Counted from the first letter of the stretch, positions 25,956 to 37,940 are shown. The stretch: 64,000 nt of DNA from Cercozoa sp. M6MM (GCA_040357565.1 JBDODJ010000003.1), one strand, 5' to 3'. Translations and numbers: made by a program. The notes: generated by a model from the letters alone, not told the origin.

Positions 25956-26039
25956 GTTCCGGAGTTTGCTCAAGTTCCGGAGTTTGCTCAAGTTCCGGAG
26001 TTTGCTCAAGTTCCGGAGTTTGCTCAAGTTCCGGAGTTT
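25956..26039. repeat. Intergenic minisatellite, 18-bp unit, about 4.7 perfect copies
   Basis: (gttccggagtttgctcaa)x4 plus gttccggagttt; degenerate flanking copies; no spacers. Confidence 0.95.
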
Positions 26040-26332
26040 CGTTCGGAGTGCCTCGGACCTATCTTAACATTCGAGCCGCATAGTTTAAAGTCTGTACGAA
26101 CTGAAGGCGGCGGAGTGTTAAATGTCAGGGCCGAGCGATTCCGTGAGCGTCGCGAGCCTGCCAAAAATAACCGGACGCGAAACTTCGCCGCTGTGCCGCG
26201 CGTAAGGAACGCTTCGCCGACTCTTCGAGAGCGAGAAGGAGAAAGTCGCACTGCTCACCAATTAGCGAGATCAACTCGAGGTCGACAAGCGTGTTCTGCA
26301 ACTTTGAATCGACAGTTTCGCTCAACACGCTC

Positions 26333-26932
26333 ATGGACTGGCAGACCGATCAGAAGACTTTGTCAGACGAGTTGCAAGCGACCGCGGCTGAAGTTGAACG
26401 TCTCCGAGAGGTCGTGACTCGCCTCTAAGACCGTGAGCTGCTGTCTGGAGGAACAGGGTGCACCTATGAAGCAGAGCTGCGCCTCTTAGCGCAAATGAAA
26501 GACGACGACGCCTCTGTGCGTTCTGACTATGCGTCCACCGGTTGTGGCAGAGCGCCTATGAGCGCAACTAAAAGATGGCGATGCCTCGACTCCGACTACG
26601 TGTTGCGTCCCGCGTCATACAGATTGACGGAGTTACGCATCAAGATGCTGTGCGACTTAATCGCATCTGTCGCTCGCCAGGTAACAATTTATGAATTCAG
26701 TGGGCTTTAATTAATGAGTTTTGTGTCTGTTTGACTCCCTCTAGAACTTGTCCTGCACGGCGTGAACTGCCTGCATCAAGTGCACGATGCTGGCCTTCCT
26801 GTGCTGGAGTACATTCAGCAGGCCGACAGAGTCACTCCTTTGCTCTGGGAGCACGTGCCAGAAGTTCAGGAGCTCCGACCACAAGTTCACCTGCAAGAAC
26901 CTTCCGCAAGTTCGTTGCCTGCATGGGTGTAG
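26333..26932 (+). CDS. Small hypothetical spliced gene (coiled-coil N-terminus)
   Basis: MDWQTDQKTLSDELQATAAEVERLRE followed by plausible GT-AG introns; exon joining ambiguous. Confidence 0.35.
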
Positions 26933-27090
26933 GTACGCGTACAAGTTGAAGTCCGACAAGTGCAAGAACCGTCTGTCATCTCTGATCTGGGAGTGAAATC
27001 GGTGCCTCCATTAAATTTTACTAAGTATCGTGTTTCGATACATTTTTATTGTTTAAAGCAAATAAGTTTAGTTGTCCGTCCCTGCTTTGA

Positions 27091-27240
27091 TTACTTACCT
27101 GGAACCTTATGATTCGCATCAAAAAGGAGTAGTATCTCGTTGCAGTTTGCGAACCGGATGCGATACTCCAGTCGACTGAGTAGTAACTTATAGCGTGGAT
27201 TTTACCGATATCGTACCGTATGTAAATTTATGTAGGTCGT
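27091..27240 (+). ncRNA. U1 snRNA-like sequence (divergent gene or pseudogene)
   Basis: tacttacctgg 5' motif, catcaaaaag in a stem-loop at the U1-70K loop position, gttgcag loop and aaatttatg Sm-like site; SL2-SL4 spacing atypical. Confidence 0.3.
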
Positions 27241-27321
27241 TAATTGGCAAATTAATCAGAGTTAATATTGAACGAAACTGAACGGAATCGATTTGAAGCT
27301 AAAAGAATGCGGAGCTTGTGC

Positions 27322-27472
27322 TTATTCAACAAGAACAACAACGATCTCGAACTCGCAGTCGTCGATCTGCTCGGGCTTGCGCATGATGAGCTTGTCGGCG
27401 TCGATGCCGTCGACGCACTCAACGATCGGGAGACGCACGCTGCCGGCGACCTCCTGCGCCTTCCATGCCAAT
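27322..27472 (-). pseudogene. Duplicated 3'-terminal ~150 bp of the IleRS CDS
   Basis: [46 protein letters not shown] versus the gene's [46 protein letters not shown] (28124-28264). Confidence 0.85.
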
Positions 27473-27551
27473 TTTGGTACTCGCCCTTCCTTAAGCACTG
27501 TTTCTTTGATTTTCATTCGCTCCTGCAAGCTAGTTAGTTAGTTGAGTCTGT

Positions 27552-27614
27552 CCGGGGTGGGTCATAAGAGCATGGCCGTGTCTACCGCCCCCGCTGAGGG
27601 TAGGACCACACAAC
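27552..27614 (+). ncRNA. Dispersed structured element, copy C (more diverged, opposite orientation)
   Basis: ccggggtgggtcataagagcatggccgtgtctaccgcccccgctgagggtaggaccacacaac aligns with copies A and B. Confidence 0.45.
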
Positions 27615-28123
27615 GAAGTCGACTTCATGGTTGGTGCAGGTAGCGGGCTACAAGTAGAGAGGCGTCGCAGGCGGCGTCGGGTCGTCCCGTCGTCGCCCTC
27701 TCATCCCTGCACTCGATAACTAACAAACAAACGGACATAGACTTAAGGCCATCCATCACTGCTATGAGTGATGGCCTAGTCTATGCCGGGAACCTCTCGG
27801 TCCAGTGCCTGCTGCTGGGACGCTGGTTGTCTTTTGACAGTTGCTTCCTCGTCCCAGCCGGGGTTGGCCAGTGTCTTCAATTGTGCGCCATTGGGCTTCT
27901 GATAAGCTTCCGTCTAAAAGCCAACGAGCCTCCAAACCAGCCAGACGAGAACCCTTTGCGCTAAACCCGCCAATTAGGCACAACCTACGAAGCCGCTCTA
28001 CCGGCCTGCCGGACGACGAGGCGGAGCACCACGACACGAAGGAAACTAAGTCAAATGTTACCGTCGCGTACCGCAGCCTTTAGTAATATCGTTTCTTAAC
28101 ATAAAGGAACAACGAGCTCGAGT

Positions 28124-31100
28124 TTATTCAACACGAACGACAGCGATCTCGAACTCACAGTCGTCGATCTGCTCGGGCTTGCGCATGATGAGCTTGTCGG
28201 CGTCGATGCCGTCGACGCCCTCAACGATCGGGAGACGCACGCTGTCGGCAATCTCCTGCGCCTTGGCAGACACCGACTTGGCGACGGCCGACTCCTTGTC
28301 GACAAAGGCAAAGTGCACCTGCACCTTGTCGAGCGGCGACAGACCGGCGTCGCGACGGAAGCGCTGCACGCGGTTGCGGAACTCGCGCGCTAGACGCGCT
28401 TCGTGCAGCGCAGGCGTCACCACGGCGTCCAGCAGCAGCTACTCGGGGGAGGGGGTAAAGGGGGGGGGGGGGTGGTATGGGGACAAGCAGGCTCAGGTAC
28501 CAGCGCAGCGTCGTCGTCGGCAGCGATGCTGGCCCACCTGTCCGAGTCACCTGTGAACTCCTGACGCACGGCGAGATCCTCACGCGTCAGCTGCTCGCCG
28601 GCGATCTCGATGCTGCCGCTCTCCAGCAGACCGAGCACCTGCTCGTGCGAGAGCTTCTTGAGCTCCTTCATCACGTCGCGCATCTGCACTCAAAAAGTTT
28701 CGAAAATGTTAAAGCCTCATTTTAAAACTATAGCTTTGATTTAAAAAGTTTTTAGCTTCAATTGCGAAATGGTAAAGCTTTGCTTCAGAAGAGCGCACCT
28801 TCTTGCCGAGACGCTGGCCGAGACGCTTGCGATCAGGCTCGACGTGCATCTGCACGACGTCGCGCACGTCGTTGCAGAAGGTGACCTGCTCGACCGAGAG
28901 CTCCTCAGAGATGTAGCGCGTGAGCACCTCGTTGCTCACGTCGTCGAGCCACGCCGCGTTCGGGTGCTGCAAAGCAAAAACTTGAGTTGAGTCGAGTTGC
29001 GATGAGTTGAGTTGAGTTGAGTTGAGAGACAATGCACCAGAACACGCAGCTCGGCGAGCGGCTGCTTGAGCGAAAGCGTGCGCTGGTCGCGCAGCTTGCG
29101 ACCCAGGTCGATCACCTTCTGCATGCGCGCCACGCGACGCTCGAGCTACCCAGCAAAGCAAATCTCAACTCATGAAAAGTTTTGCGAAAGCTTTGAAGCT
29201 AAAGAGAGGAGCGGGTACATCGGCATCGCGCAGTTCGTCGCGCACCTCGGGCAGCAGCAGGAAGTGCACCGACGGCTGTCGCAGCTCGTGCTCCTCGGGC
29301 AGTGCGAGTCGCAGGTTGAGGTACATCTCCTCGACCAGGAAGGGCGTGAACGGCGCCATCAGTCGCGACAGGTCGAAAAGCACGCGCCACAGCGACTGCA
29401 GCGACTGGTGCGCCTCCTCGGCACCGAGCTGTCCGCGCAGACGCGAACGGTTCAGTCGCACGTAGATGTTGGTCAGCTCATCGATGAAACTCACGAGGCG
29501 CGGCACCACCTGCGGGGGGGGGGGGGGGGGGTAAAGGGTANNNNNNNNNNNNNNNNNNNNNNNNNNNNNNNNNNNNNNNNNNNNNNNNNNNNNNNNNNNN
29601 NNNNNNNNNNNNNNNNNNNNNNNNNNNNNNNNNNNNNNNNGGGGGGGGGTATGCCCATGCCCTACCGTGTAGAGACGGTAGGCGTCCATCTCGGTACGCA
29701 CGTGCTCGACGAGGGACTGGAGTCGTGCCGCCAGCCACCGGTCCATGAGGTTGCTCGGCGTGAACTCCAGGTCGGCCTGGAACTTGCCGCCGCACTCGTT
29801 CTCGTAGCGCGTGGCGTTCTCCGTGAGGAAACGGTACGCGTTGAACCACGGCTTGAACACCGAGCGCACCACCTCGTACACACCCTATCCACCAGGGGGG
29901 TGGGGGGGGGGTAGGGTGTGTGTGTGTGTGTGTGTGTGGGGTAAAACCTTCTCGTCAAACTTGAGCGACTCGGCACGCACCACCGGCGAATTGATCAAGT
30001 ACAGACGCACGGCATCGGCACCGTACTACACATACACAGGATAAGCTTGTTACGGTCCATACAGTACAGGTAGCAGTAGTAGTACCTTGGAAATCACATC
30101 CGTCGGCGGCGGATAGTTGCGCTTGCTCTTGCTCTACAGGGGGGAATAAAGGGGCGGGCTGGGGGGGGGGGGGGACACTACCATCTTCTTGCCGTCGATG
30201 GCAAGCACGAGGCCGTTGACGACGAGGTTCTTGAAGGCCGGCTTGTCGAACAGCGCCGTCGACAGCACCATGAGTGTGTAGAACCAGCCACGTGTCTGTC
30301 CACCAGTCAGTCAGCGGGTCAGAGAGTGGGTCAGAGTGACCCGATAACTGATCGCACAGTCACAAGAAGTAGTACCTGGTCGAGACCCTCGGCAATGAAG
30401 TCGGCCGGGTAGCCAGCCAGGAACTTCTCCTTGTTCTCGAACGGGTAGTGCTGCTGCGCGTACGGCATACTGCCCGACTCGAACCAGCAGTCAAACACCT
30501 ACACATACACGTGCACATTTGGTACCAGTCAATGAGGCACAGGGAGACTACCTCATCAACACGCGTCAGTTTGGCACCAGTGTCCGGACACGTGAGCACG
30601 AGACCGTCGATACTCTCGCGGTGCAGGTCGTCGACACTGCCGACAGGCAGACCGGCCAGCTGCTCCAGCATGGCCACCGACGTCACCACCTTGGTCACCG
30701 TCTCGCCCGACTCGGTCTGGCCGCGCTGCGCGGGGGAGGGGGTAAGGGTGGAGTGGGAGGGGAGGGGGTAGAGATACCCAGATCGGAATCGGCGTGCCCC
30801 AGAAGCGGTTGCGCGAGATGGCCCAGTCGCGAGCATCAGCCAGCCTGCACGTGTGGTCCAAACCGACCGTACAGTTAGTGTACAAGTGCCACTATATTGT
30901 AGCCACATAGGAGGTTGTGGTACCAATTGTGGAAGCGGCCCTCCTGCACGTGCTTGGGCACCCAGTAGGTCTGCTTGTTGTTGGCGATCAGACGGTCCTT
31001 GAGCACCTCGACGTCGACGAACCTACAGGTTAATCCGTCGAGAGACAGTACCTCCCAGGTAGTCGGGCAGTAGGCAGTGGGTACCAGGACTCGACGGCCT

Positions 31101-32956
31101 TGTAGATCAGGGGCGTCTCGGAACGCCAGCAGAAGGGGTAGCTATGCTTCTCGCTGGCGTGCTTGATAAGCACGCCGCGCTCCTTAAGCAGCGCGATGAT
31201 GTCGCTGTCGGCCTCCTTGATGTACTTGCCGGCCAGACCGTCGCCCAGTGCCTCTGTGAAGCAGCCGCTGTCGTCGACGGGACACACGACCTTGTCGCCC
31301 TTGCGCACGACGCCGTGCTTGGTGCACACGCGCAGATCGTCCTCACCAAAGCCCGGCGCCTGGTGCACAATGCCCGTGCCGCTCTCCGAGCCGACGTAGT
31401 CGTCCTCCAGCACGCGCCAGCAGCCGCGCTCCTGCAGGTCCGCGCGGTCCGCAAAGTACCTGCGTTGACATGTTTGTTCATGCTTTGACACTGAGTACTA
31501 GACACTGGCCTACGGGAACAGCGGCTCGTACTGCGTGCCCACAATCTCCGAGGCAGCGAACTTGCTGAGCACCTGGTAGTGCTTGCCTTCCTGTACACAT
31601 AATAGTGCATCCTGCTAGGTAGTTAAGGGGGTGTGACAGGCTGACTACCTTGGCCTTCTTGCCGTACAGCTTGTGCAGGCCCTGCTGAGCGACGACAAAG
31701 ACCTTCTTGGACGCCACGTCGCGAATACGCAGCAACTCGTGCGACGCGTTCACACAGAGCTATGCGTTGGTTTTGTTAAGGGAGGGACAAGTCAGAATTA
31801 AGGGTGCGTACAGGCGAAAGTAAATAAGGCTGCCTACCGCAAGGTTGGACGGCAGTGTCCACGGCGTCGTGGTCCACGCCAGCAGAAACTCGGGCAGGCC
31901 ACTCTCCTCGTCATGCGAGTCCTTGCTGTAGGAAGGGTAGGGGTAGGGTAAGGGCACAGGGGGTGAAGGGAAGGGGTACATGGCAAAGGCGACAACGACA
32001 GAGGGATCGTGCACGTCCTTGTAGTTCGACTTGGCCTCAAAGTTCGACAGCGGCGTGTTGAGACCAGTCGAGAAGGGCATGACCTTGTAACCCTGGTACA
32101 CGAGGTTCTTGTCCCACAGCTGACCGAACACGTGCCACACCGACTCCATGAACGAGATGTCCATCGTCTGTATCAACAGCAACACTGTCAGTCAGTCCAA
32201 GTACATACACACACACACACATACACACTGAGTTGTGTACCTTGTAGTCGCGCTCAAAGTCGATCCAGCGACCGACGCGCTTGACGACGTCCTCCCACTG
32301 CTGCGAGTAGCGCATCACGATGGCGCGGCACTCGGCGTTGTAGACGTCGATGCCCATGTCCAGCACCTGCTGGTTCGACTTGATGTCGAGCTTCTTGTTG
32401 ATCTCGTGCTCCACCGGCAGGCCGTGTGTGTCCCACCCAAAGCGACGCTCGACGTGGAAACCCTTGGCCGTCGCGTAACGCGTCACAATGTCCTTGATCG
32501 TACCGGCCAGGATGTGACCGTAGTGCGGCAGACCCGTCGCGAACGGCGGACCGTCGTAGAACGTGAATGGCGGCCGGCCCTCGCTACGACGCAGCTGCTC
32601 CTGCGCAGCGCCACAAAAGCAAAAGTGCCAAAGACACTTCCAATTTTGGGCCGACGTCAAAACTTACATGGAACGCGTTGATGTCATCCCAGTACTTCAA
32701 CTGCTGCTCCTCGCCGTCAGCAAAGTTGTACGAGGCCGACACTACGGAAAATAACAATGTTTGTTGTATTTTTCTGATCAGGGACAGGAAAACTGGAGAA
32801 AAACAACACAACTGCGCCAAAAGCGCATAAATCCCAGCACGGGCCAGTCAAAATACAGTGGGCACACGTATGGCACCGCCCGTTGGCGCAGCGAATTGCA
32901 GCGTGGCCCGAAAAAGATATGAACTCACCCTCCTCGAACGTAAAGTCTTGCGACAT
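28124..32956 (-). CDS. IARS1: Isoleucyl-tRNA synthetase, cytosolic type; about 18 introns, spans a gap
   Basis: [14 protein letters not shown] (HIGH), [49 protein letters not shown] and DGKKM|SKS (KMSKS). Confidence 0.97.
29541..29640. other. Assembly gap (100 N) inside a G/C-run intron
   Basis: Run of N. Confidence 1.
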
Positions 32957-33134
32957 GGCGAAGCACAACCGATTGATATTACGATTGTGGGCCCTGCGCA
33001 CGAAGATTCTCATCTCCTGCCACGGAGAGAAGGCGGACTGGCTTCGGAACTCGCAATACTGTTCCCGATGGCCAAAGATTAAAAAAATCCAACAAAGACA
33101 GAATCGTGACTTGTCTCGACAGAAAGGCACGAGA

Positions 33135-34506
33135 TCAGATAGTGATAATGATAAGTCCGCGCCGGCGCTGCATAGATTCATTAGGATGGAGTCTGGCACC
33201 GAGTTCGGTGAGGACTTCGCGAAGTTTTTTCGGCAGCTTGGCGCCGTGTGCACCGCTGTGTGTGCCCTTTCCTGCCGCAGCAGCATGTGTGTGGGCAGCA
33301 CAAGAGACAGGAGCGAGCAGAGGTACCGACAATGATGGTGTACTCGCCGTGGTAGTTGCGCTCGAATGCGTACTGCAAGGCGAGCATGAGCACATCTTCG
33401 GCCTCGACCTGCAGCAGGCCGTGCAGGTCGACCTTGCTGACGTTGTCGATTTCGCTGTTGTGTGCGCGCACGCTGAGTACTACGGCGTCGTGCTGGATGG
33501 CGTCGCGCCGGCGCTTCATCTCGTGCAGCTCGTTGGTGGCAGCAGAGGCGCGTGCCAGGTTGGACTGTCGGTGGTGCCGATTGACATCGCGCTGCTGCTT
33601 GAGGATCGACCCGGCCATGGCGTGCGCCTGCTCGCGCATCCGGTGCGACTGGTGCGCAAGGTCCTCCTTGCGACTGAGGTTCTGGTCCACACGCGAGAGC
33701 ACCTCGCGTACCTGCTGGCGGATCTCCATCTGGAGGGGGGTAGGTACAAGAGTCAAGGGAAGGGCAAGTCCATGTACCGGCATGGAGAACTCGTGTGCCT
33801 TGACTCGGCTTTGGAACAGGCGTGCTTCATCGTGAGTACGTGTGGCAGCGTTGGGCACTTCGCGTGTCTGCGTGAGACTGTGCAGTTTGGGCGCTGTGAG
33901 GTGTGCCGATCGCTGCCACTCCACACCGGTGCCTTTGCCGTACTTGCATGTGAGTGCCTTGTGCGCCTTGTTGACGTCTGCCTTGTTATCAAGAACCAAT
34001 ATTAAGCCAGAAAAACAGCCAAGAGGATTAAGACTGAGGCAGAGAGAGTGTACCCTTGGAGCACCAAGTGTAGTGTTGGTGCAGCACCTCGCGTGAGAGC
34101 TGCGGGAAGTGCTCCTGCAGTCGCCCGAGGTCGTGCGTCTCCTTGAGCGACAGGTTCGGCGATGCCGTGTTGCGCTGCATGCGTCGACCGACGCGCCGAC
34201 TGCCGGCGTCGTCTACTGGCAGCGCCTGTTTCAACAAACCTTACATCCCCCTTACCCTTTACCCTTTACGCCCCCCCCCCCCGTACCATGGAGGGACTCT
34301 CGTGTGCGGCATGCGCAAGTTGCTCGCTGCGAATCATGTCGAGACTCGGCGTCGGCGCGCGCTGATGACAATTAACCGTCTCCACGCTTATTCGGTTCTT
34401 TCGACGGTTACGACGACCACCTCGGCGTCCGCGCGGAGGCGACGGCGAGGGTGACCGGTGACTACACAGTGTTCGAGTTGGAACCAGGTGTGGATATATA
34501 TGTATT

Positions 34507-34556
<50 letters not shown>

Positions 34557-35261
34557 TACTATTATTAGGGTACTGTCGCTGACTGGCGAGCAGAGCCACT
34601 GCGGCGTCGTTGGCGTTTCCGTCATGCGCCAGCAATGTCTCCAACAGCACGTTTTCTAGGAAGGAGCGTCACATGCCATGGCATAGGGTCAGAGGCACAA
34701 CGACTACCATTGACATCGGGACACATGGCACGCAGAGTCTCCAGCACGCCGATCAAGTCAGTGTTGCCGTCGATGTTGTTGTCGGTACTGCTAGCTTCTT
34801 CTTCAGAGAACTGCTCAGTGTCCTCGACCTCTTCCTCTTCACTCTCCTCGTTCTCGGCCAGCAGCAGGTTGATGGCCTGTTCCACGTCCTGTTTTAACAA
34901 CTCATGAAAAAAACTGTTGAGACACAGAGAAAAAACAGGGCATACCATGCGTGTTTGGACCAATGCCGCTTGAATCCTTTCTTTTCGGAAGCCTAGAAAC
35001 GCGAGCATCAGACAAAGTGATTATAAAAAAGCAAAAGCAAAAGCAAAAGAAGCACGCACCATTGCCAAGAACTGCCAAAACTTGACGCGTTTTCTCGCCC
35101 AATTCCTCCTTTTTCGCCGTTGTTTTTACTGCGCCCAACTCTGGAAAATCCAGCGTCGACGTGTAGCGCGGCTTGCTCTGAACTCCGCCCTTGTAACAGC
35201 TGCAATACGGACAGGTGGAAAAGTACCGATGAAACTGGCGTGCGCGAGCGCCCTCGCTCAT
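33135..35261 (-). CDS. Smr-domain protein with UBA/CUE-like repeats and a DUF1771-like helix (N4BP2/Cue2-like); spliced
   Basis: DFPEL motif; UBA-like LGFRKERIQAAL…DVEQAINLL; CUE-like LQEHFPQLSREVL; Smr VDLHGL…TIIVG|KGTHS; start approximate. Confidence 0.8.
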
Positions 35262-35634
35262 CCAACTACACAAGTTACAGATCGGCACATCTGCGTCTTG
35301 GGTCATAGACGCTGGCGGTAATAGTACATTCAATGTCATGAAGTTGTTGTTGTTTTGGATGACTATTTTTGCATTCGGCGGAAACCACTCCTGGGACGAA
35401 TCGATTCTGGTCAGCCTCCTCTGGCATAAACTACCTACCAATGTGCTAATGTCTGTGCGCACAGGTCTGGGCAGCCCCTCTGCCTCTCTCTGGCTCTGAT
35501 ATGTCAAGTGTCGACTGATTATTAAAGAAACTCTACTCCCCACACCAGCACAGCACAAACTTCGGGAAAACGCCCGTTATCGTGTTGTAATCTATCGGGG
35601 GCGTGAACTGACGTGTTTCCAGAAATACGATAAA

Positions 35635-37940
35635 TTACACCATCTCAACGATGCGCTCCTCGCGCGCCATGGAACGGTTGTCTTCGCCACCCTGGAGCTG
35701 CTCGTGCACCAGATCGTGCGCCACGACGTCTCTGTCGACGGCAACTCGCTCCGCTACACTCGCGCATAGCGATGATGGCAAACAGCTAAAACAGAATGGA
35801 AGGGTACCCCAGGCATCGGAGCCAAGAATGTTCAACTTCATCGAGCGTTCTTGCAGCACCTCGATTCCTGCGCAAGATAAAACCGTAGAAAAGATGCGAT
35901 GCTTGCATATAAAAGCGAGATTGGTACTGGCAAGCGAAGCGTGCATGTTGTCGAGAACGCCATGCTGCTTGAGCACGAGTTCTTCCTCGTCCTGACAGTC
36001 CTCGGCGAGCACGTCGAACACGGCATCGGCAAACTCGCCCAGTGTCACCAGTCGGTCGTCCGAGAGGTGTCGCAGAGCGAACATGTGCTCACCGTACCTT
36101 TGCACCTGCGAAAAGTCAAGTATTAGAAAGACAACAACCAACAACAACAACAACAACAAGCAAGCAAGAAGACACGAGGTCACACCAGAGGCGAGGCGAG
36201 CACTTCCTCGCGGAACTCGTGTTTGCTCTCAAACTTCTTGGGAATCGGGCTGTCGTTGCTGAGCCCTATAACAAAAAACAGTTTCGACTCCTTGACTTGA
36301 CTTGACTTGACTCAAGTGAAACTGTGACTAGAAACAGTGTACACAGCTTGCGTGTAGGCAACACGTTGCTGGCCAGCAGTCGCCGCACGAATGTGCGCAG
36401 TTCACCTTGATCTACACGCACACTAAATATGACTGGGGGACAGAAAGAAGAATGGCGAGTACCATCAACGACAGCTTTCTGCGCGCGCAGGCGGCGGCCG
36501 CGCATGCGGAACTCAAGCGCGGCCAGCTGGATGGAGCACGCGTTGAGCCACGCCGACAGCAGCAGGCCCGGCAGCAACATGCCCGTGGCGGCCGCTAGCG
36601 ACAGCGAGGCGCCCATGCCGAGCCACACGTCGACGTGCGGCCCCGTGCTTTGCGCGCGCGAAGCAAAGGCACGCACCAGAGTTCCTGCAGCTATGGAGCG
36701 AACATGACCGCCCGTGTACATGCCCAGGGCGAGATTTTGCTGTAGCCAAAAGTGTGCGTATGTACTGATAGATATTGTATCAAGAGTTGGGGGTACATGT
36801 CCTGCGAACAGAGTCTCCTCGCAAGCCGGTCGCACACTGCAGAGCAAATATATAAGGCAGCAGGAAGTGCCATGTTGAAAGAGTCTACAGCAAGTCCTTC
36901 AGCAGCGCATCGTCGGACAGATTGCCAACGCAGTGCGCCAGACCGTAGTGAATAAACAGCGATCTGTCAACCTGTGTCAATACATATATATATATATATG
37001 GTCACAGGGAGTAGTGATACCCGCGTGTCCTTCTCAATGATATCGATGACGTGGTTCGTTCCGATAGCGCCAGCAGTGCAGATGGCAGCGAGGATCGCGA
37101 GCGACTTGCGGTTCTTGGCAAAGAATCCGGACTGACCGACGCCTACCGACGCCAGCGGCGCCGACAGTGCAGCCAGACCGCCTGCAGTACCAGTTCACAT
37201 ACCACGCACAGCTACCTTCTGCACCCGACCACAGACATACCCAAAAGCAGCGACTGGGCGGTGCGGCACTGACGCGAAACTGAAGCATCGTTGGTGTTCT
37301 CTTTTGGCACCGGAAGTTCGCGGTATTTTTTCTAAGTGAGTCAGGAGGTGAGCTTCCTCAAATCAAGGGAGGTGCGTGAGGTTGTAATCATACCTCCTTC
37401 TGGAGTCGCTCGAGTTCCTTCTTTGGCGACTCGAGCACTGACTTAGTACCGGCACTCTGTGCACCACAATGCATAAATCCAATCAGTACTGTTTTAAAAA
37501 AAGTAACAAATGGTACCTGCAAACGATACTGCGTCTGGTGCAGCGTACTCTGCTGGTTGTCGTAATGCCAGGCACGCTGAAAGCATCTGCGAAAAGTCAC
37601 ATCAACGCAACCACCTGTGCATATTTTAACTCACTCCGTCCAGGAAACGTTGTCGGGAAGTGCCTTGTTGGCACGTGACACTGCCACGGCACCGATGCCG
37701 CCAAACACGACACCGTCAATGACGACCTTCCACATGGGATGACCTGCATTCCATGTTTATGTTGTTTTTCTCGCAAACTGCTTCGGGGGCTTTATGTACC
37801 AGCTGCTGCGATGAAACTCACAACCTGCACACGCAGACACACACGGAAACGCGGAGTCAATCTGGGGACTGCATCAAAAGAGCCGGTGAAAATTCGGCTC
37901 AAGCGAGCCCATTCACGAACCACGGTGTTGTTGTCGTCAT
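35635..37940 (-). CDS. Membrane protein with a degenerate CPBP (Abi/Rce1-like) domain; spliced
   Basis: Several hydrophobic segments; PACEETLFAG resembles EExxxR; ATGMLLPGLLLSAWLN resembles TGSLxxxIxxHxxxN; start approximate. Confidence 0.55.

Noticed and set aside
25956-26039. CRISPR-like repeat array
   Set aside because: Units abut with no unique spacers, there are no cas genes, and the context is eukaryotic.
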